In this document: piece by piece, positions 1 through 14,835 of the stretch
Position numbering within the stretch: the first letter of the stretch is position 1
Layout of the letters: each line of letters begins with the position of its first letter
Assembly: GCF_009914755.1 (NCBI RefSeq)
Contig: NC_060942.1
DNA: 64,000 nucleotides
Source: the human T2T-CHM13v2.0 reference genome, Homo sapiens
Strand: one strand, 5' to 3'
Position numbers and translations under genes: made by a program
The notes under the pieces: model-generated
The model's database searches: none
What the model saw: only the letters and a program-made list of their open reading frames with translations
What the model was told of the DNA's origin: nothing

Positions 1-156
1 TTAAACAACCAGATATCATGAGAACTCACTATCATGAAAACAGGAAGAGGGAAATCCATCCATGATTTATTCACCTCCCACCAGGCCCCCTCTCTAAAAC
101 TGGAGATTACAATTTGACATGAGATTTGAGTGGGGACACAAATCCAAACCATATCA
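1..156 (-). mobile_element. MST-family MaLR LTR, cut by window start
   Basis: Ends in gagatttgagtggggacacaaatccaaaccatatca, the reverse complement of the MST/THE1 LTR 5' end TGATATGGTTTGG...CCCCAC. Confidence 0.85.
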
Positions 157-2559
157 GTACACAAATATGTATAAATAATATATAAACATACATGCAAACA
201 CAAACGTGTGTGTGTATATATGTATGTATGTGAGTATATATGTATTATGTATGTGTGTGTGTAAGAACAATAAATTAATGTCTTAAAAGTTCTCAGCACA
301 AGTGATATAAAGTATAAACATGGGCAAGAGAATAGGATATAAGGATAATAAAGTGGATATTGTCCACACTTCCTTACTTGCTCTCTTTATGTAAGTGTGT
401 ATATGTGTGTGTCTATAACAGGTTTTTTTCCTAACAGTTGTATGTGTGTTTGGAAGTTTTTAAAATAGATTTTTCAAGGCTATTTTATGTACACTTTTTT
501 TGGTTAGTATTTTGGTGATTTTTAGTTAAAGAAAAACAATGTTTTCCAAGGGCAAAAAAAAGAACTGAAGTTCGGAAGGAAGCTGGATGTGGACTTCTTA
601 CAAGCTCTTGCTCCAAAACCTGGAAACGAGGAAAGAGGGCCCTCCCGGGAAACCTGAGAAAAATTGGCACAGCAGAGGGAATCCTTTGGTGGGGTGGGCG
701 GAGATGCCAGCCCACTTGTGTGACTGTATTGTTTTGAGTGGGCTCTAAGGCAATTTCTGTGTGCCACTCCATTGACTTAATTAACATTATTAATCTTGGA
801 GGGCATTAAATTAATGAATGATACAAGGGCCAAAAGAGTGATTTATTCCCTTGGATTCTGAATCACAATCAGGAGATAGTCTTTATCTGGTGCAACCATA
901 GTTTCATTCTTCATGGAGCGGATTTGAAGGAAGGTAAGGTCATTCTAGGGATCGATTTCATTCATGGTACTCTGTGCCTTCCAGGTGAAGTTGTGCGTGA
1001 GGCTGGCATACTGTGTGGTGGTGGGATTGCCCACGGTACTTTTGATGGGAATACCTTTAAGGAGTAAAACAACTGGATCACTAGGGCTGTTGTTGGGTTC
1101 TAGACGGCAACTGTGTGCACGCCAGGATCCCACGAGGCCTGGCTCTATATCTATATCTTCCTGAGTGTGGTAGCATTAGCTACTCATTTGTTATAATTTG
1201 TCCCCCATGGGGGTGATGGCTGAGTAGGAGCCAGTCACTTCTGTGTTCACTACGATGAATCCCTGCACTCCCTTCTGGGTGTGAAGTCATTTCAGGTGTC
1301 TCCTTCACCTCTGCCATTTTGGTAGCTCCATGTCACCAACACTCAGCCCAGTCCCATGCCTTTCTGCTACAGTAGTTTTTGAATAACAGACAAGGGAGCA
1401 GACTTCTATTGGATCAGTGACAACTTGGTGCTTTCAACAACAATCAGATACAAGACAGATAAAGTGCTGTTTAACAGCAGCTGAGCTTCAAGTATCTCCT
1501 ACATTAAAGAATCAAAGAAAGGGCATCTAATTATTGAAGTAGCTTGCAGATGTTACAAAAAAAATTGAAGCATATATTTAGTTTCTAAGCAGATGAAAAG
1601 AAAGCTTTGAGAAAAACTCATCTTGTGCAACATTGTCCTGATGTAATATTCATGTTATTTGAAATGATGTTGTCCCCATTCATTCAGAATGGCATTTTAG
1701 TACCACTGAAAGCCAGTAGTAGTACTTGCTGTAAAATGACTACACTGAGAAAAGACAAGGCAAGTTTTCCAACTTTGGAAAACAGGAATTTACACATCCA
1801 CACAAAGTTTGACATTTGCTAACAAACTTTTTCCTACTTCTTAAAGTATCTGAAACATCAAATTTGAGCTAACTTCAAAGCCAGCAAGGGGGAATTCAGT
1901 GATGTCAGTAGGAAATCCCTTCATTGATTCACGCGAGCACACTTTCCATTTGCATTCAAAAAACAGGAATCACAAATCTGGCTGGGAAAACTGTTTTGTG
2001 ACCTACTAGATCTCTCTGACTTTCATTCCCAAACTCCTCACTGTAATTTCTCAGTTTTTTTCAGAACTGCCTTAGCTGTCTCTTGACTACCTTATCAGAA
2101 TAAGAAATTAATTTTCAAAATTCTCAGTTCTCTTGTCCAGGTTTCTAGATGCTTCTCAACTCAAATAGAATCACAGATGTTTCTGTGTGTGGTAATGCCC
2201 ATTCTTGGTTCATGAGAGTCAGAATGATACATAATAATGTACCAGTGTCTTGGACTTGTAAAGTCTTATGAGATAATAGTATAGCATTTTGGATGAATGT
2301 AGTAAGTAAACCAAAGTTCTGAAAAGTTAAATGCTACTATTGATGTTTATTTTGGTTGAGTATTGTGCTAAGGAGTGAATATGGATGAGCTCCTTACGTC
2401 CAACAAAGTCCTGGGTAGCATTTTTTATACATATTTAAATATGAATTCGCTGAAACTTCAGCAGGTTTAAATACTTCAAAAGGGAAATTTAATAATTAGT
2501 GAGTCAAGGTTCAAAATGCAGTGGTTCTGTGCAAGAGCATTGGCTGTAGAAAGAACTTG

Positions 2560-2770
2560 GTGTATAGGAAAAGACTACTTTCTCACTGTAATCCTAAGCA
2601 AATTGTTTACCTTCTAATTCTTAAGTTTCATCATTTTTAAAACGGGTGCAAAGCATGATAGTATTTACTTCACATGGCTTTGTGAGAATTAAATGTGTTT
2701 ATATGTGTACAGTAATTAGTATAGGGCTAGCATAGAAAGATACCTTCATATATAGTAGCTCTTATTATCA
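2560..2770 (+). mobile_element. MIR SINE
   Basis: Degenerate MIR core and tail (agtttcatcatttttaaaacggg...ttgtgagaattaaatg...tagtagctcttattat). Confidence 0.65.
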
Positions 2771-3244
2771 CTATCTATAAGCTACAGCAGCAGCCACAGC
2801 AGCATTATTATAATACTCTCTCCAATGTTTAGAAATGCTATATGATATTTAGAAAATTAAAGAAATAAAAATCTATGGTAAGACAGGCAGTATGGACAGC
2901 CAGTGAATACTTAATTGAGAGAGAGTTGACTACTCTTCTTATTTTATCTAGAGTAAAGGGAAATTCAGAAACTAGAATATTGGATAGACCTGAAGCCCTC
3001 CATTCTGTTGCTGATCATAGCATACAATCTTTTGTAAGAAACTATTTAGTGTATCTACCAAGCCTTGAATTTAAAAATGTTAAGGACAAATGAGTATTAG
3101 AAGTATAGGCCAAGATGCAATCTGCATAAGACCAATGGATTTGCTGATATTTCATAGATTCCCCAATGGATAAAAGGAAAGAACAGAAACCTTTAATTTG
3201 TATTTTATTAATATTTTACTTCTCCATCAAGAAACTTCTTCAGG

Positions 3245-4054
<810 letters not shown>

Positions 4055-4215
4055 GGCAAAGAGGGGGAAACAAACACTGATAAGGAGAAGTTAGAGACCA
4101 AAATAGGAGCAGGATTTTAAGAAAGGATATTATTGCTCCAAACAAATGTAAAAATCATGTCCTAGATAGATTATACTGGATAATTATTGACATATTTTGC
4201 GTATGAGCTTTCCTA

Positions 4216-4629
<414 letters not shown>

Positions 4630-4699
4630 TTAAACTCAAGGTTAATATATTTATAGGTCTGAAAATTATTATATCCATAACCCAATTTATAATCTTTCC

Positions 4700-5389
4700 A
4701 AACCCCACGACTTACTCCTCTCCCATGCTTTCCGAGCTCAAGCAACTCTACCATTTAGATCCCACACTTAGGAAGCCGACATTATGCATCTCTTTCTGTC
4801 ATATGTCATATCCAATATATCGAACATCCTTAATGCTTACCTTTCATACATATCTATGATGTCACCATTTCTACTGTTACCATTCTGCACCCTGGTGCTG
4901 TCATCTCTTGCCTGCATTGTTGAAATATTCTCCCATCTGGCCTTTCTGTTTCTTCCCATGCTGTGTTCTTACACAACAACCAAGGTATCCCTTTAAAATG
5001 TAAGTTAGATCTTGTTTCTCTTCTGCTCAAAAACAACCCAATGGCTGCCCTTTGCCTTCAGATCAATTGCCAAATTTGTTATGGTAGCTGATCAGGCTCA
5101 CTCATCACTTTTCTGACTTCAGCATTCATTCACCACTCTTCCTTTGGCTCACTCTCTGAAATTCACAGGGATGCTAGGTTGGATCAGGGCCTTTCACTCA
5201 CTGTTGCTTCTTCTTCAATGTTCCTCATCTAAATATCTGCATGCCAGGATTCTTCACCTCTTTCAGTTTCCTCTTCGAATATCAGATTATCAGTCAGACT
5301 TTATCCAACTAGCAACCTGTTTTTGTACTCTGTTTATCTCCAATGTACCTACCATTTTTTGATATACTTCATTCTGTCTGTCTGTCTGC

Positions 5390-5437
<48 letters not shown>

Positions 5438-5600
5438 TCTTTTCACCCATCCATCCATCCATCCAACTATTCATCCATCCCTGAGTGAGGAAGTAATGTC
5501 CATGGTGGAAGAGTCTTTTGCTTTGTTCACTCATGTATCCCTAACATAGGCAAACAGATATTTACCTATATCTGGCAAATAATGAGCAAATCAATGAATG
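4700..5600 (+). mobile_element. L2 LINE 3' fragment
   Basis: Pyrimidine-rich L2-type motifs (catctcttgcctg, taaaatgtaagttagatc...ctgctcaaaa) ending in aatgaatg. Confidence 0.65.
5373..5480. repeat. Compound (TCTG)n(TCTA)n(TCCA)n tetranucleotide microsatellite
   Basis: Directly visible tandem units. Confidence 0.95.
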
Positions 5601-7059
5601 GTAATTCAATGTTCTTTCAGTTTTCATAAAAACTTTCATACATGCTTGGTAACCTGGAAATCATTTCAGGGGCTGAGCATTAGAAGATAGTTTCCATCAG
5701 GCTTATGTATGTGTGAGTGTGCACTTTGAAATAAAACCATTAGAAACTTTGGTGGCTTCAGGACTATGTACATCTGGATAATTTTGCAGGGCTGTGAGAG
5801 GGGGTAACAAAACCAGCGTTGTTGTAAGTATAAGCTCTGAAAATAGAAGCAGACTTCAGAAGTATGAAACTTCATTTTTAATATTGCATCCTTTATTATT
5901 ATTTTTGTATGTTGTAGCAGGAGACTTAGTGCTATTGCAGAAAGAAGTCCGTAAATCATCATTTGTTTTGGAGAACTTCTATAACATATTGCGTGGTGTC
6001 CTGGCTAGAAAATGTATTTGGAAAAGTTGGCATTTGTTACATCAATGAACATAGCCTGAGTATGCAGCAGCCCTGTACCCAGTTTTACTACTGAGGAAAC
6101 AGCTGCTAGTGCCTGGAAGCTAAGGAAGGGAAGAGCTACCAAAGAGGCATGAGATCATAACACCTTTTTACAGGCATGATTACTTGGAAATGGTGAAAGG
6201 GGAAGTACATACAGTTTTACTTTTATAACTTAAATATGCTATAGCATTTGTTTTTTATTATCACAGAAAGTCTTTTATTTGTTTATTTTGAAATTTATTT
6301 GATGACTATCTTCTCCATTCATATAAACATTGAATAACAGTGAAGTCATACAATCAGGAAGTGATTTTGCAACAAGTAAATTATTCGAAATTCCGTTTTG
6401 TTACCTCTATTCTTATTATCTACTTTTATTTCATTCATGGAACCTTTGGTTAAAATATATGATGGGCACTGCCAAGACAGTGAAGGTATAATTCGAAAGA
6501 GCTCACAGAGAGATTGGCAAGGATGATCATTCATGGATTTATTTCTTCCCGTAGGTAACACAGGATCTTTTAGTAAAGTACAAAAGAAAGTTATTTCTTA
6601 TTGTGTATTAATAACTTTCACAAAGTATTTGTGACAGCATACACAAGGACACACACGTTAAAACATAACTATTAACAGAAACAGAATCAGGGTGAGGGTA
6701 GAAAATAAAGTTTTGGAAAATAAACACAAATATGCTGCTCTAAAGGTTATATGGCTGCTTCAGTGAGCTTCAAATTTATTTTTAAAGCAATAAAGACACT
6801 GTTATGTAAGCAATTCTGATTATCAGGGAAGAAAACACCTACCAGTTCATCGGATGCTGTAAATTATATTGAAAGTACTCTGAGTCACTGAAACCTTTGG
6901 CTGAGTGTTAAATTGACAAGATAGCATGCATGGTGCAGGGACATTTTGGAATTAACAACTGGAAGGTTTTGTCATTCATCTGGCACCTAAGCCAGGACAT
7001 CTTCTGCATATCACAAATGCATTCTGCTATTTTCCTTAATAAGTATGATAATAGCATAA

Positions 7060-7265
7060 CAATGCCAATAACAAAGTCAATAGTTCTTTCACAGAACTTA
7101 GTATTTGAATGCATTGTTCTAAGCACTTCACTTTTTAAAAATGTATTAAATTTCTTCAATAAGTATTTTTAGATTTCCCATTTTATAGATAAGAAAACCG
7201 AGGCACAGAGTAATTGAGTACCTTGTAAGAGAGAGATTACTCAGCTAGAAAATGACAGAGCTGAG
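7060..7265 (-). mobile_element. MIR SINE
   Basis: cccattttatagataagaaaaccgaggcacagag is the reverse MIR core. Confidence 0.75.
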
Positions 7266-9159
7266 TGATATGTTAATATGTATTGCATCTATAACTTCAT
7301 AAAGCTACCCTCTAAAGTTACCCGTCATAAAGCTACCCTCCTAAAAATGCTTGACTTTTAAAGAGTGGAGAATAAAATAGGAGATGAAAATGTATATTAT
7401 TGTTAATGTTATTTTATTTTATTTACTACTTTGTAGAAGAAAATCTGAGGGAAGAAAAGTAAAGTGTAGGCCACCAGAAAGCTCAGCTGGTTAAAGCAAC
7501 ATCCCCAAAACTGATATCTCAATTAGGGGATCTATATTTGTTTGGACCAGTAGGATTTGTTTTATTTTCCAAACTGCCCAGGAAGGGGATTGTATAGAGC
7601 TGGTAGATACCAATGTGAATTGGGCTATCACGATTAAATAAGATGTCACTCAAACCGCAGACTTCTCTATAAGAAAACAGCATTTTTCTTATCTCTAAAG
7701 CAGCACATCTGATGACATTAGGTGACTAGTAGGTCTGAGCAATAGTGCTAAGACGGTGGACTTTATGGAAATTAGAATCTGGGATGAGCTAATGTACTCG
7801 TACCAGAATATGAGGATCATTCTATTAGCTAGCTTCCAGGTGGCTCTTTAAAATTAAGTGAGACCCATAATAAAAAGCATTGAGCTTTTTGCTTCATTAT
7901 ATCAATAGACTTGTTCCTCTTAGAGAAATGAGGTTGTGGGTCACTTCATTTATCACTCTACCGCCAAACAGATTGTAAAAATTATACCTAATGCCTTACA
8001 TTTACTTCTAAATTCTTATTTTTTTATCTTTTAACACTCTTCTATTTAGAATACATGTGTTTATGGAATATAATATCACTACTAAATACTCATGATTTTT
8101 CTTCCTATCCCATAATTTAAAAATTTTTTTTAAAGTAGTAATATCTGGTAAGAAATTTTTTAAACTATGCATTTTTAGCTAAATCCTTTATCCTTGATTT
8201 TACTTAGCAGAAACAAGATATAGTGCAATGAATTATAAAGTATAAAATGGATAAAGTAAATTGGAGGAGAAAGAAGCAGCAAACATGCTGTGGTAAGTGA
8301 CGTTGCTGTAATCGAGCACAGAGCTTAGCTCTTATCTTCCTGTAGCTAAGGCAGAAATGGAAATGTAATTACTTACAGAACTTATCTTCTTGCTTCCATA
8401 GCAACCTATGTATATTTCTAGCACTGGATTTATTGCATTGTTTTAAAATTAACTTTCTTAGAGTCTGTATCCCACTAAATTGATTTCCTTGAAGTTAGAG
8501 ACACTGCTTGCACAAAATAGTTTCTCATAAAACCCCACATTTCCCCCACCCCCAAACTAAGATTTATTGACTTGGGAGAAATAATCCACATTTCTTGGAC
8601 AATATAGATTTTCTATTTATTAAATATAAGGGGAATTGTCTTGATTGGGATCCTATGAAAGGTCCATTGGATGATTACATCAGACAGTTTCAACAACAGT
8701 TTTATCACAAGTGCAAAAGTGAAATCCAAACGTGTGTTTTCATGATGAAGTCTGATATAATTTGAGGCTGTAACATGGGTGCACCTGTTAGTGTAGTGAT
8801 CTTATAAGGAAAATACTCAGGTGCTGTATACACACAGGCTGCTGATTATCTCAGTTAATTTGAAGCTGAAACACTACACCTAAAATCATGGATTATGGAT
8901 TTGCAATTGTGTTCCATGGACCCTGAGAATTCTGGAGAGTCTCAGAATCTACTAAGGAGTAAGAAAGAGGTGAAAGCCTTTAATGCTCTGGATCACAAAT
9001 CATTTTTTAACCATAGTAAGTGTTTAACCTGACTTACATGTTGTTTCAGTATAAACTCACCTAGAAAAAAAAACTGCATTGCTAAACAAAGAAATCAATA
9101 AGCATTGGAAATCGCAGACCTAGATGATTAGGTGAATATGTTGTGCCTTGGACTCAAGA

Positions 9160-9350
9160 TGCCCAAACCTGACTGGTCATTTGATTCACCTGGGGTTCTT
9201 TTCATAGGCACAGATATGAGGATAATACTCCTTATTCTGATCTATTAAGTGTGAGTCTGAGCGCAGATAACTGCACCTCAAAAAAAAAACAAAAACAAAA
9301 ACACCTCTTTAGGGATTCTGATACTTTCTCAGTGTAGGAATGCACTGGTT
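9160..9350. mobile_element. MER5A-like hAT MITE
   Basis: cccaaacctgactgg...gattcacctgggg...gggattctgat...aatgcactgg pattern. Confidence 0.5.
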
Positions 9351-9957
9351 TGATTTCCTAATTAAAGTTTATTTCTGGTAAAGTTCTTCAGTGAGAGCCT
9401 GGATGGTATGCATTAATATCTTTCTAAAATATGACATATATAGGGTGTTTGGTGTTAATTCTCAGGGATGAAAAAAATGTGCTTTTACCCATATGAAGAT
9501 CATTTCCAAAAGACAAATTGCATATGAAACACTATCAACTGCCGCTTGAATAAGTGAAACGAGTAGAGTAAGTTATGATTATTTTTCTCATGACAAAGTT
9601 GTTCACTTGCCTATATTGAAATAAGATAAAACATCAGTTGGCATGCATTTAGTCTGAAAAAATGTAAATCAGCAAAATAAAAGAAGGCAGTAAAATTTCA
9701 CTAAAAGTGGAAAGGATTTTAATCTATAATGTGATGTTTATTTTTGACCTAATATAGTACAGTATTTGTCATTACTCTGCGTAATTAAAAGTCCCAAGAA
9801 AATATTTTAAATGCATTGGCACCACACTTCTGTTCTCAACAAAGTCTAACCCAGGGGTCAGTGGGTGAGATCATATCCAAACACTCCCGACGTTGATATG
9901 CATGGCAGATGTGAGCATCTGTTGTGAGAAGCAAATGTAGGTTGGCAGATGTACATT

Positions 9958-10254
9958 TTTTTTTTTTTTTTTTTATTATTATACTCTAAGTTTTAGGGTA
10001 CATGTGCACATTGTGCAGGTTAGTTACATATGTATACATGTGCCATGCTGGTGCGCTGCACCCACTAACGTGTCATCTAGCATTAGGTATATCTCCCAAT
10101 GCTATCCCTCCTCCCTCCCCCGACCCCACCACAGTCCCCAGAGTGTGATATTCCCCTTCCTGTGTCCATGTGATCTCATTGTTCAATTCCCACCTATGAG
10201 TGAGAATATGCGGTGTTTGGTTTTTTGTTCTTGCGATAGTTTACTGAGAATGAT
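9958..10254 (-). mobile_element. 5'-truncated L1HS pre-Ta (ACG/G) insertion
   Basis: Minus strand reads GATGAC-ACG-TTAGTGGG and AAAACTTA-G-AGTATAAT (pre-Ta diagnostics); poly(A); perfect 13-bp TSD gcagatgtacatt at 9945-9957 and 10255-10267. Confidence 0.93.
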
Positions 10255-10409
10255 GCAGATGTACATTGTTTTATAAAGGCATGTAGGAAATTAAAAATTG
10301 AAGAATGTAATCCTCTGACTCCTGGGAGCCCAATGATTGCATGTCAATGGTCTGTAATGAATTACCTGAAAACATAGAGTTAATGTCGTAGTAACATTTT
10401 ATTATATAA

Positions 10410-10600
10410 TTATGGTTTACATATATTGAGCTCTTACCTTATGACAAACACTGTGTTAAATGCTTTACATATACTCTACTCTTAATACCCATAATTACCC
10501 TGTGACATAGATGTATTATTCTCCCAATTTAATAATAAAAAAGTTGCCCTTTGTAGAAGCTAACAAATAGCAAGGTTCAGATTTGAATGCATGAAGTGAC
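10410..10600 (-). mobile_element. MIR SINE
   Basis: tattgagctcttacc...actgtgttaaatgctttacat...attattctcccaattta. Confidence 0.6.
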
Positions 10601-11811
10601 TTATTAACTCTTTCATCAACTCATGGGCAAAAACCAAACAACTGAGTTGAAACTTTGAACACAACTATGATTAGAAAATATACATGAACATGCCGAAAAC
10701 ATTGTAGGTGCCAGTAAAATAATACTAAGTGCAATAACAGTAACGAGAGAAATTTGTTGTACTTTTTTAAAAGGATAATTCTGCAATATCTATGTAATAC
10801 TGAGCATTTCAATAGTTCATGAAGTGTTCTTGCAATTTAATTGACTAAGGGTTTTTTCAAGAACTTTGGAGAAATAAACAGACTTTCTCATCCTGAAAAA
10901 CCTTTTGATGTTAAGTTTCTTTAAAATAAACTTAAAATTAATGGTTTGTTTTTAGCTTTTGATCTTAAATTTAAAAATGACTTTGGAATAAAGGTAGGAC
11001 AACTTAGAGTGCACAACACATGATCAATTGAATCTAATCTGTTTTTTAAATTGTTCTTCTAATAAAGGGAGAACTAATTTAATCATTCAAAGTGGCCCAA
11101 ATTAGTGTTGAGATAACTTTAATCTTTAATAGATTGAGATAAATGCACTGATGAAGAAATAACACAATGTATAAGTATAAAACCATTTATAAAGTAGGCA
11201 TTAGACACTGCATATACAGAGAATTTATCTGATCAAGTAAATCAGCAAGTGAATAGTAATAAACAATTTAGCTTATAGTAAATGTTTAATAAATATTTGT
11301 TGAGTACTGGCTTAATTATTTTACAAACATGACTCAGATGTTAATTTCAAATTTTTCTCTACAAGAGTCATTCTGTCAACATAATACTGTTACTCTTTTG
11401 AGTCATGATACTATAATAAATATGGGAAATAATTAGAAATTGTTAGTGTAGAACAATCGAAAAAAGTAAAGGGATAGAAAATAGAGACCATTAGACTTAA
11501 AAGGAGTTAAGTATATTTGGCCTGTTTGAAGGTCAAATGTCATATGCTCTAAACATAAAGAGTTCACACCAGGAGGAAAAGGTGGACAATTTATATATTG
11601 TTAAAGAGTACAGTACAGGGGTGGGTAAGTAGGGTAGGAAAGATTAAGAAGTAGCAGCTACCTGTACATCACTGCTCATAAGAGCCCTGCAAATGATGAA
11701 GTTATAGGATTAGTTATAGGATTCCCTGACTTTACTACCTTCCTAAGTAATGTGGAATCATTAGAGAGTCGTTCAGCATATGATGTTTCAATTGCCTCTT
11801 ATTTACGCCAC

Positions 11812-12291
11812 TGTTGAAGTAAGGATTCCTGCCATAGGGTTCTGGGGATTATCCAACACATGACATCCAACACCGGTCAGATGAGGCCAACAGCAGTTTA
11901 TTAGTTACAGATGTTCACAGCCTGGGGAGGAGGACATGGCAAGCTATACAGGCCACATTGGGGTTACATTTGGGTACAGACAGCACAACGAAGGGCTCTG
12001 GGAAGCAGACTTTGAGGTATTCAAAGAGTGGGGTGATCCCTGGTTTCCCAGGAGGATGTAATTGGCTTGTTTAAATAATTCCATGGGCTGGCAGAGAACT
12101 GAAATCTGCTACTCTGGAATAAAGCAGGAACTGCCCTGGTGCCTTTGATAAGGAGGGTAGTTAGGGGACCTCATTCTTGGGAGCAGAGTCAGGAGGAGAA
12201 CTTGTGTTTAGGCCGTTGGAGACCCTCCCAATTTCAGCACATATCAAGATAGCACATATTAAGGGGCCTTGAATTTAGGACTCACACCACA
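11812..12291 (-). mobile_element. ERVL-class solo LTR (MER70-like)
   Basis: ~480 bp with TG...CA ends; minus strand begins tgtggtgtgagtcctaaattcaaggcccc; subfamily from memory. Confidence 0.6.
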
Positions 12292-14619
12292 TGATGATAT
12301 AAAACATTGCCAAAAACTGAACATTTTATTTCACAAAGGCCTAATAAAGTTAAAATACAAAGTAGCCCTCAGTTGGTTAGAAAACAGTTCTTTTCCTTGG
12401 AGTAGAGGTGAGGTGAAGGGGAATACAATTTCCTTTGGGGTAAAGAAAAGACCATTTTCTTTTGGTCCTCTATCCTCAATAAACACACAGACAGTGCCTG
12501 GGCCTTGCAGAAGTGTGTTGGTGAACAGACAGGCAAGAAATATCTTCTAATATTTTCCTTGACTGCTATGTCATCCTCTTTGTTCTCATAGAAAAGTTAT
12601 CCCATCTGGAAGAATGACAGCAAGAATTCTTCATTATTTTTGTTGTGGAGTTTAGACAATAGCTGAAGGTCCAATTTCAGCAAAACAGAGAAGGAAGAGG
12701 AAATAATCTCTAGTTCTCTTCCACATCCTATCTCTGGGCCCCTTTGACATGTTAGCCCCTTCTTAAATTATTTTCCCCCACATTTTCTTACTTTGCCTGT
12801 CTAGAAGAACTGTCTTTAATCAGATGATTATCTTTCACCCAAATAAAGATTCATTTTTCATGCTCATCAAAACTTGCAATATTCTCAGAGTCAGTATTTT
12901 CTACTTATGTGCTATGATGTATGGGAATTTAGATTTTGAAAACATAGATACCAAACTGATATCAGATCTATTAACTGTGCAACCTTAAGAAACTTTCTTC
13001 ATTTCTCTGGACGTGAGAGATTTCGTTTGTTAAAATAATTAATCAGATCGTGATCTCTGAGGTACCTTTTAGTTCTTTCATCTTGTGCTTCTGGATCTTA
13101 TTGACAGAAGCCTGAACCTCAGGCCTGATTGGTGCCTGTTCTACAAGAGCAAGCCTAAGAGGCTTCCTTCCTGAGATGAGCCTGAGTCCAGTTTTGAAGT
13201 CCCTGTGTCTGGTGGGCATGTCTGCCTCTGCTGACTACTTGAGCCCCATCTCGGGTTTCATTCCTGATTTTCCTCTCTGTCTTTGATGGACATCTGGCTT
13301 TAGTTTTCTTCTGGAATCATTCCCTACCTTCCCCCAATTAAATAATAATTATCTTGCCTGCTGGCTCAGGTTTTCAATCCAGGAGTTTAATTGGAGCCTG
13401 TGTCAGGAAAAGCAACTGTATTAAGTTCAAGTAGTTGCTATGAGGAACGTCTCTAATTAAGCCTTGTAAGAATTAAAAGATTGTAAACTGGATATCATTT
13501 GAACTCGCACCACAAAGCTGATTGTCTGCTTTGCTCACTAATAAATTCATTTGTACTGGCACTCATTGTGGTAAACCAATATTCTCTTTCTTTTTATTTT
13601 ATTTTTCACAATTACCATTCCTAAAAGATGCCACTAAAAAGTCTTTCTTGGACATAATAAGTCAATCTTTGGTGTCTCTATCACTGGTTGCTGAATTTTA
13701 CTCGCCTTTGCTTCAAAGAAGGTGATTTTAAAGGGGCTTGAACTTCTAAAGGAACCAGTCTTATCTGCTGTCTTTTTATTTCATATTGATCTAGAAAGGA
13801 ACCTCAGCAAGGAAAAAAACTAGATGTGATTAAATCATGGGAAGCAATTCTTTGAAAGGACTATTCTTGATAAGTTGTTGAGATTTAATTGTATGTCTAT
13901 TAAATATTAGATCATTATATTGGCATATTGCAATCATTAATTGGATGTAACTAATTTGATTTAAGATCTAACATCATTATTTTTATTATTTAATAACTCG
14001 ATAAAGATTTAATAAAATGAATATAACGACAAAGTGATTGAATAATCATTTTAGCCACAAATTAAGCCCTTAGTGGAAAATTAATCTTTGGCCTCTAATT
14101 TACTGTAACATTGGTCTTTAAAATTTAAAACTAAGGAAAAAAGCTAAGTAGTCATTTTCAAGGGCAATAAAAAGTTTTGTAAATACAGACCATTCTTCTA
14201 ATTAGTACAACTTACAACTTTCTGTTCTAAGAGGAACACCTAAGCAGCATTACATGAGCAGCTTGAGCACTTGTTAAGCCGTTTCAGGTGAGCCACAGTC
14301 AGGGTGTATTATCAGCTCTAAAATCATGGACAGGATTTCATATTAGATCATTTTTGTTTGCCTATCAGACACTGGATTGGCTGGTGAAAAAAATACATAT
14401 ATGTTTATTTCAGAACTCTTCAGAATAATACAATTCATGCTTTTCAGGACTTGACTATCCCCAAGGTAGTTTTGAAGTTCATTGCTTGTCTGCATTCCGT
14501 TGTGGTAGCCTCCTGAAGTCGTAAGAGCTTCCTGCTCTCCACTTTTCCTAGACTCCTGAGTACAGAATATACACCACCACCGTTACCAGACACCAGCCCA
14601 GTAATACAGAGTACAAGCT

Positions 14620-14835
14620 CTGCATTTGAACAGATGGGCATGAATTCTGCCTTCTCTATTTACCAACTCTATGCCTTTGGGAATGCCACCTGGTCTCTCT
14701 GAGTTCCAGTTATCTCATTACAAAACAGGGATAATAATACATAGCTTCATCATAAGGTTGTTGTGTATTTCAAATAAGATAAAATACAGTGTCTAGTATG
14801 TTTCCAGGCTTCTAAAAATGATAGCTAACACTATT
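14620..14835 (+). mobile_element. MIR SINE
   Basis: ctctctgagttccagttatctcattacaaaacagggataataata...ggttgttgtg...atagctaacactatt. Confidence 0.75.

Noticed and set aside
7297-7340. tcataaagctaccctc repeated around a degenerate third copy; similar short duplications at ~11701 and ~40023
   Set aside because: Short slippage-type microduplications with no sign of function
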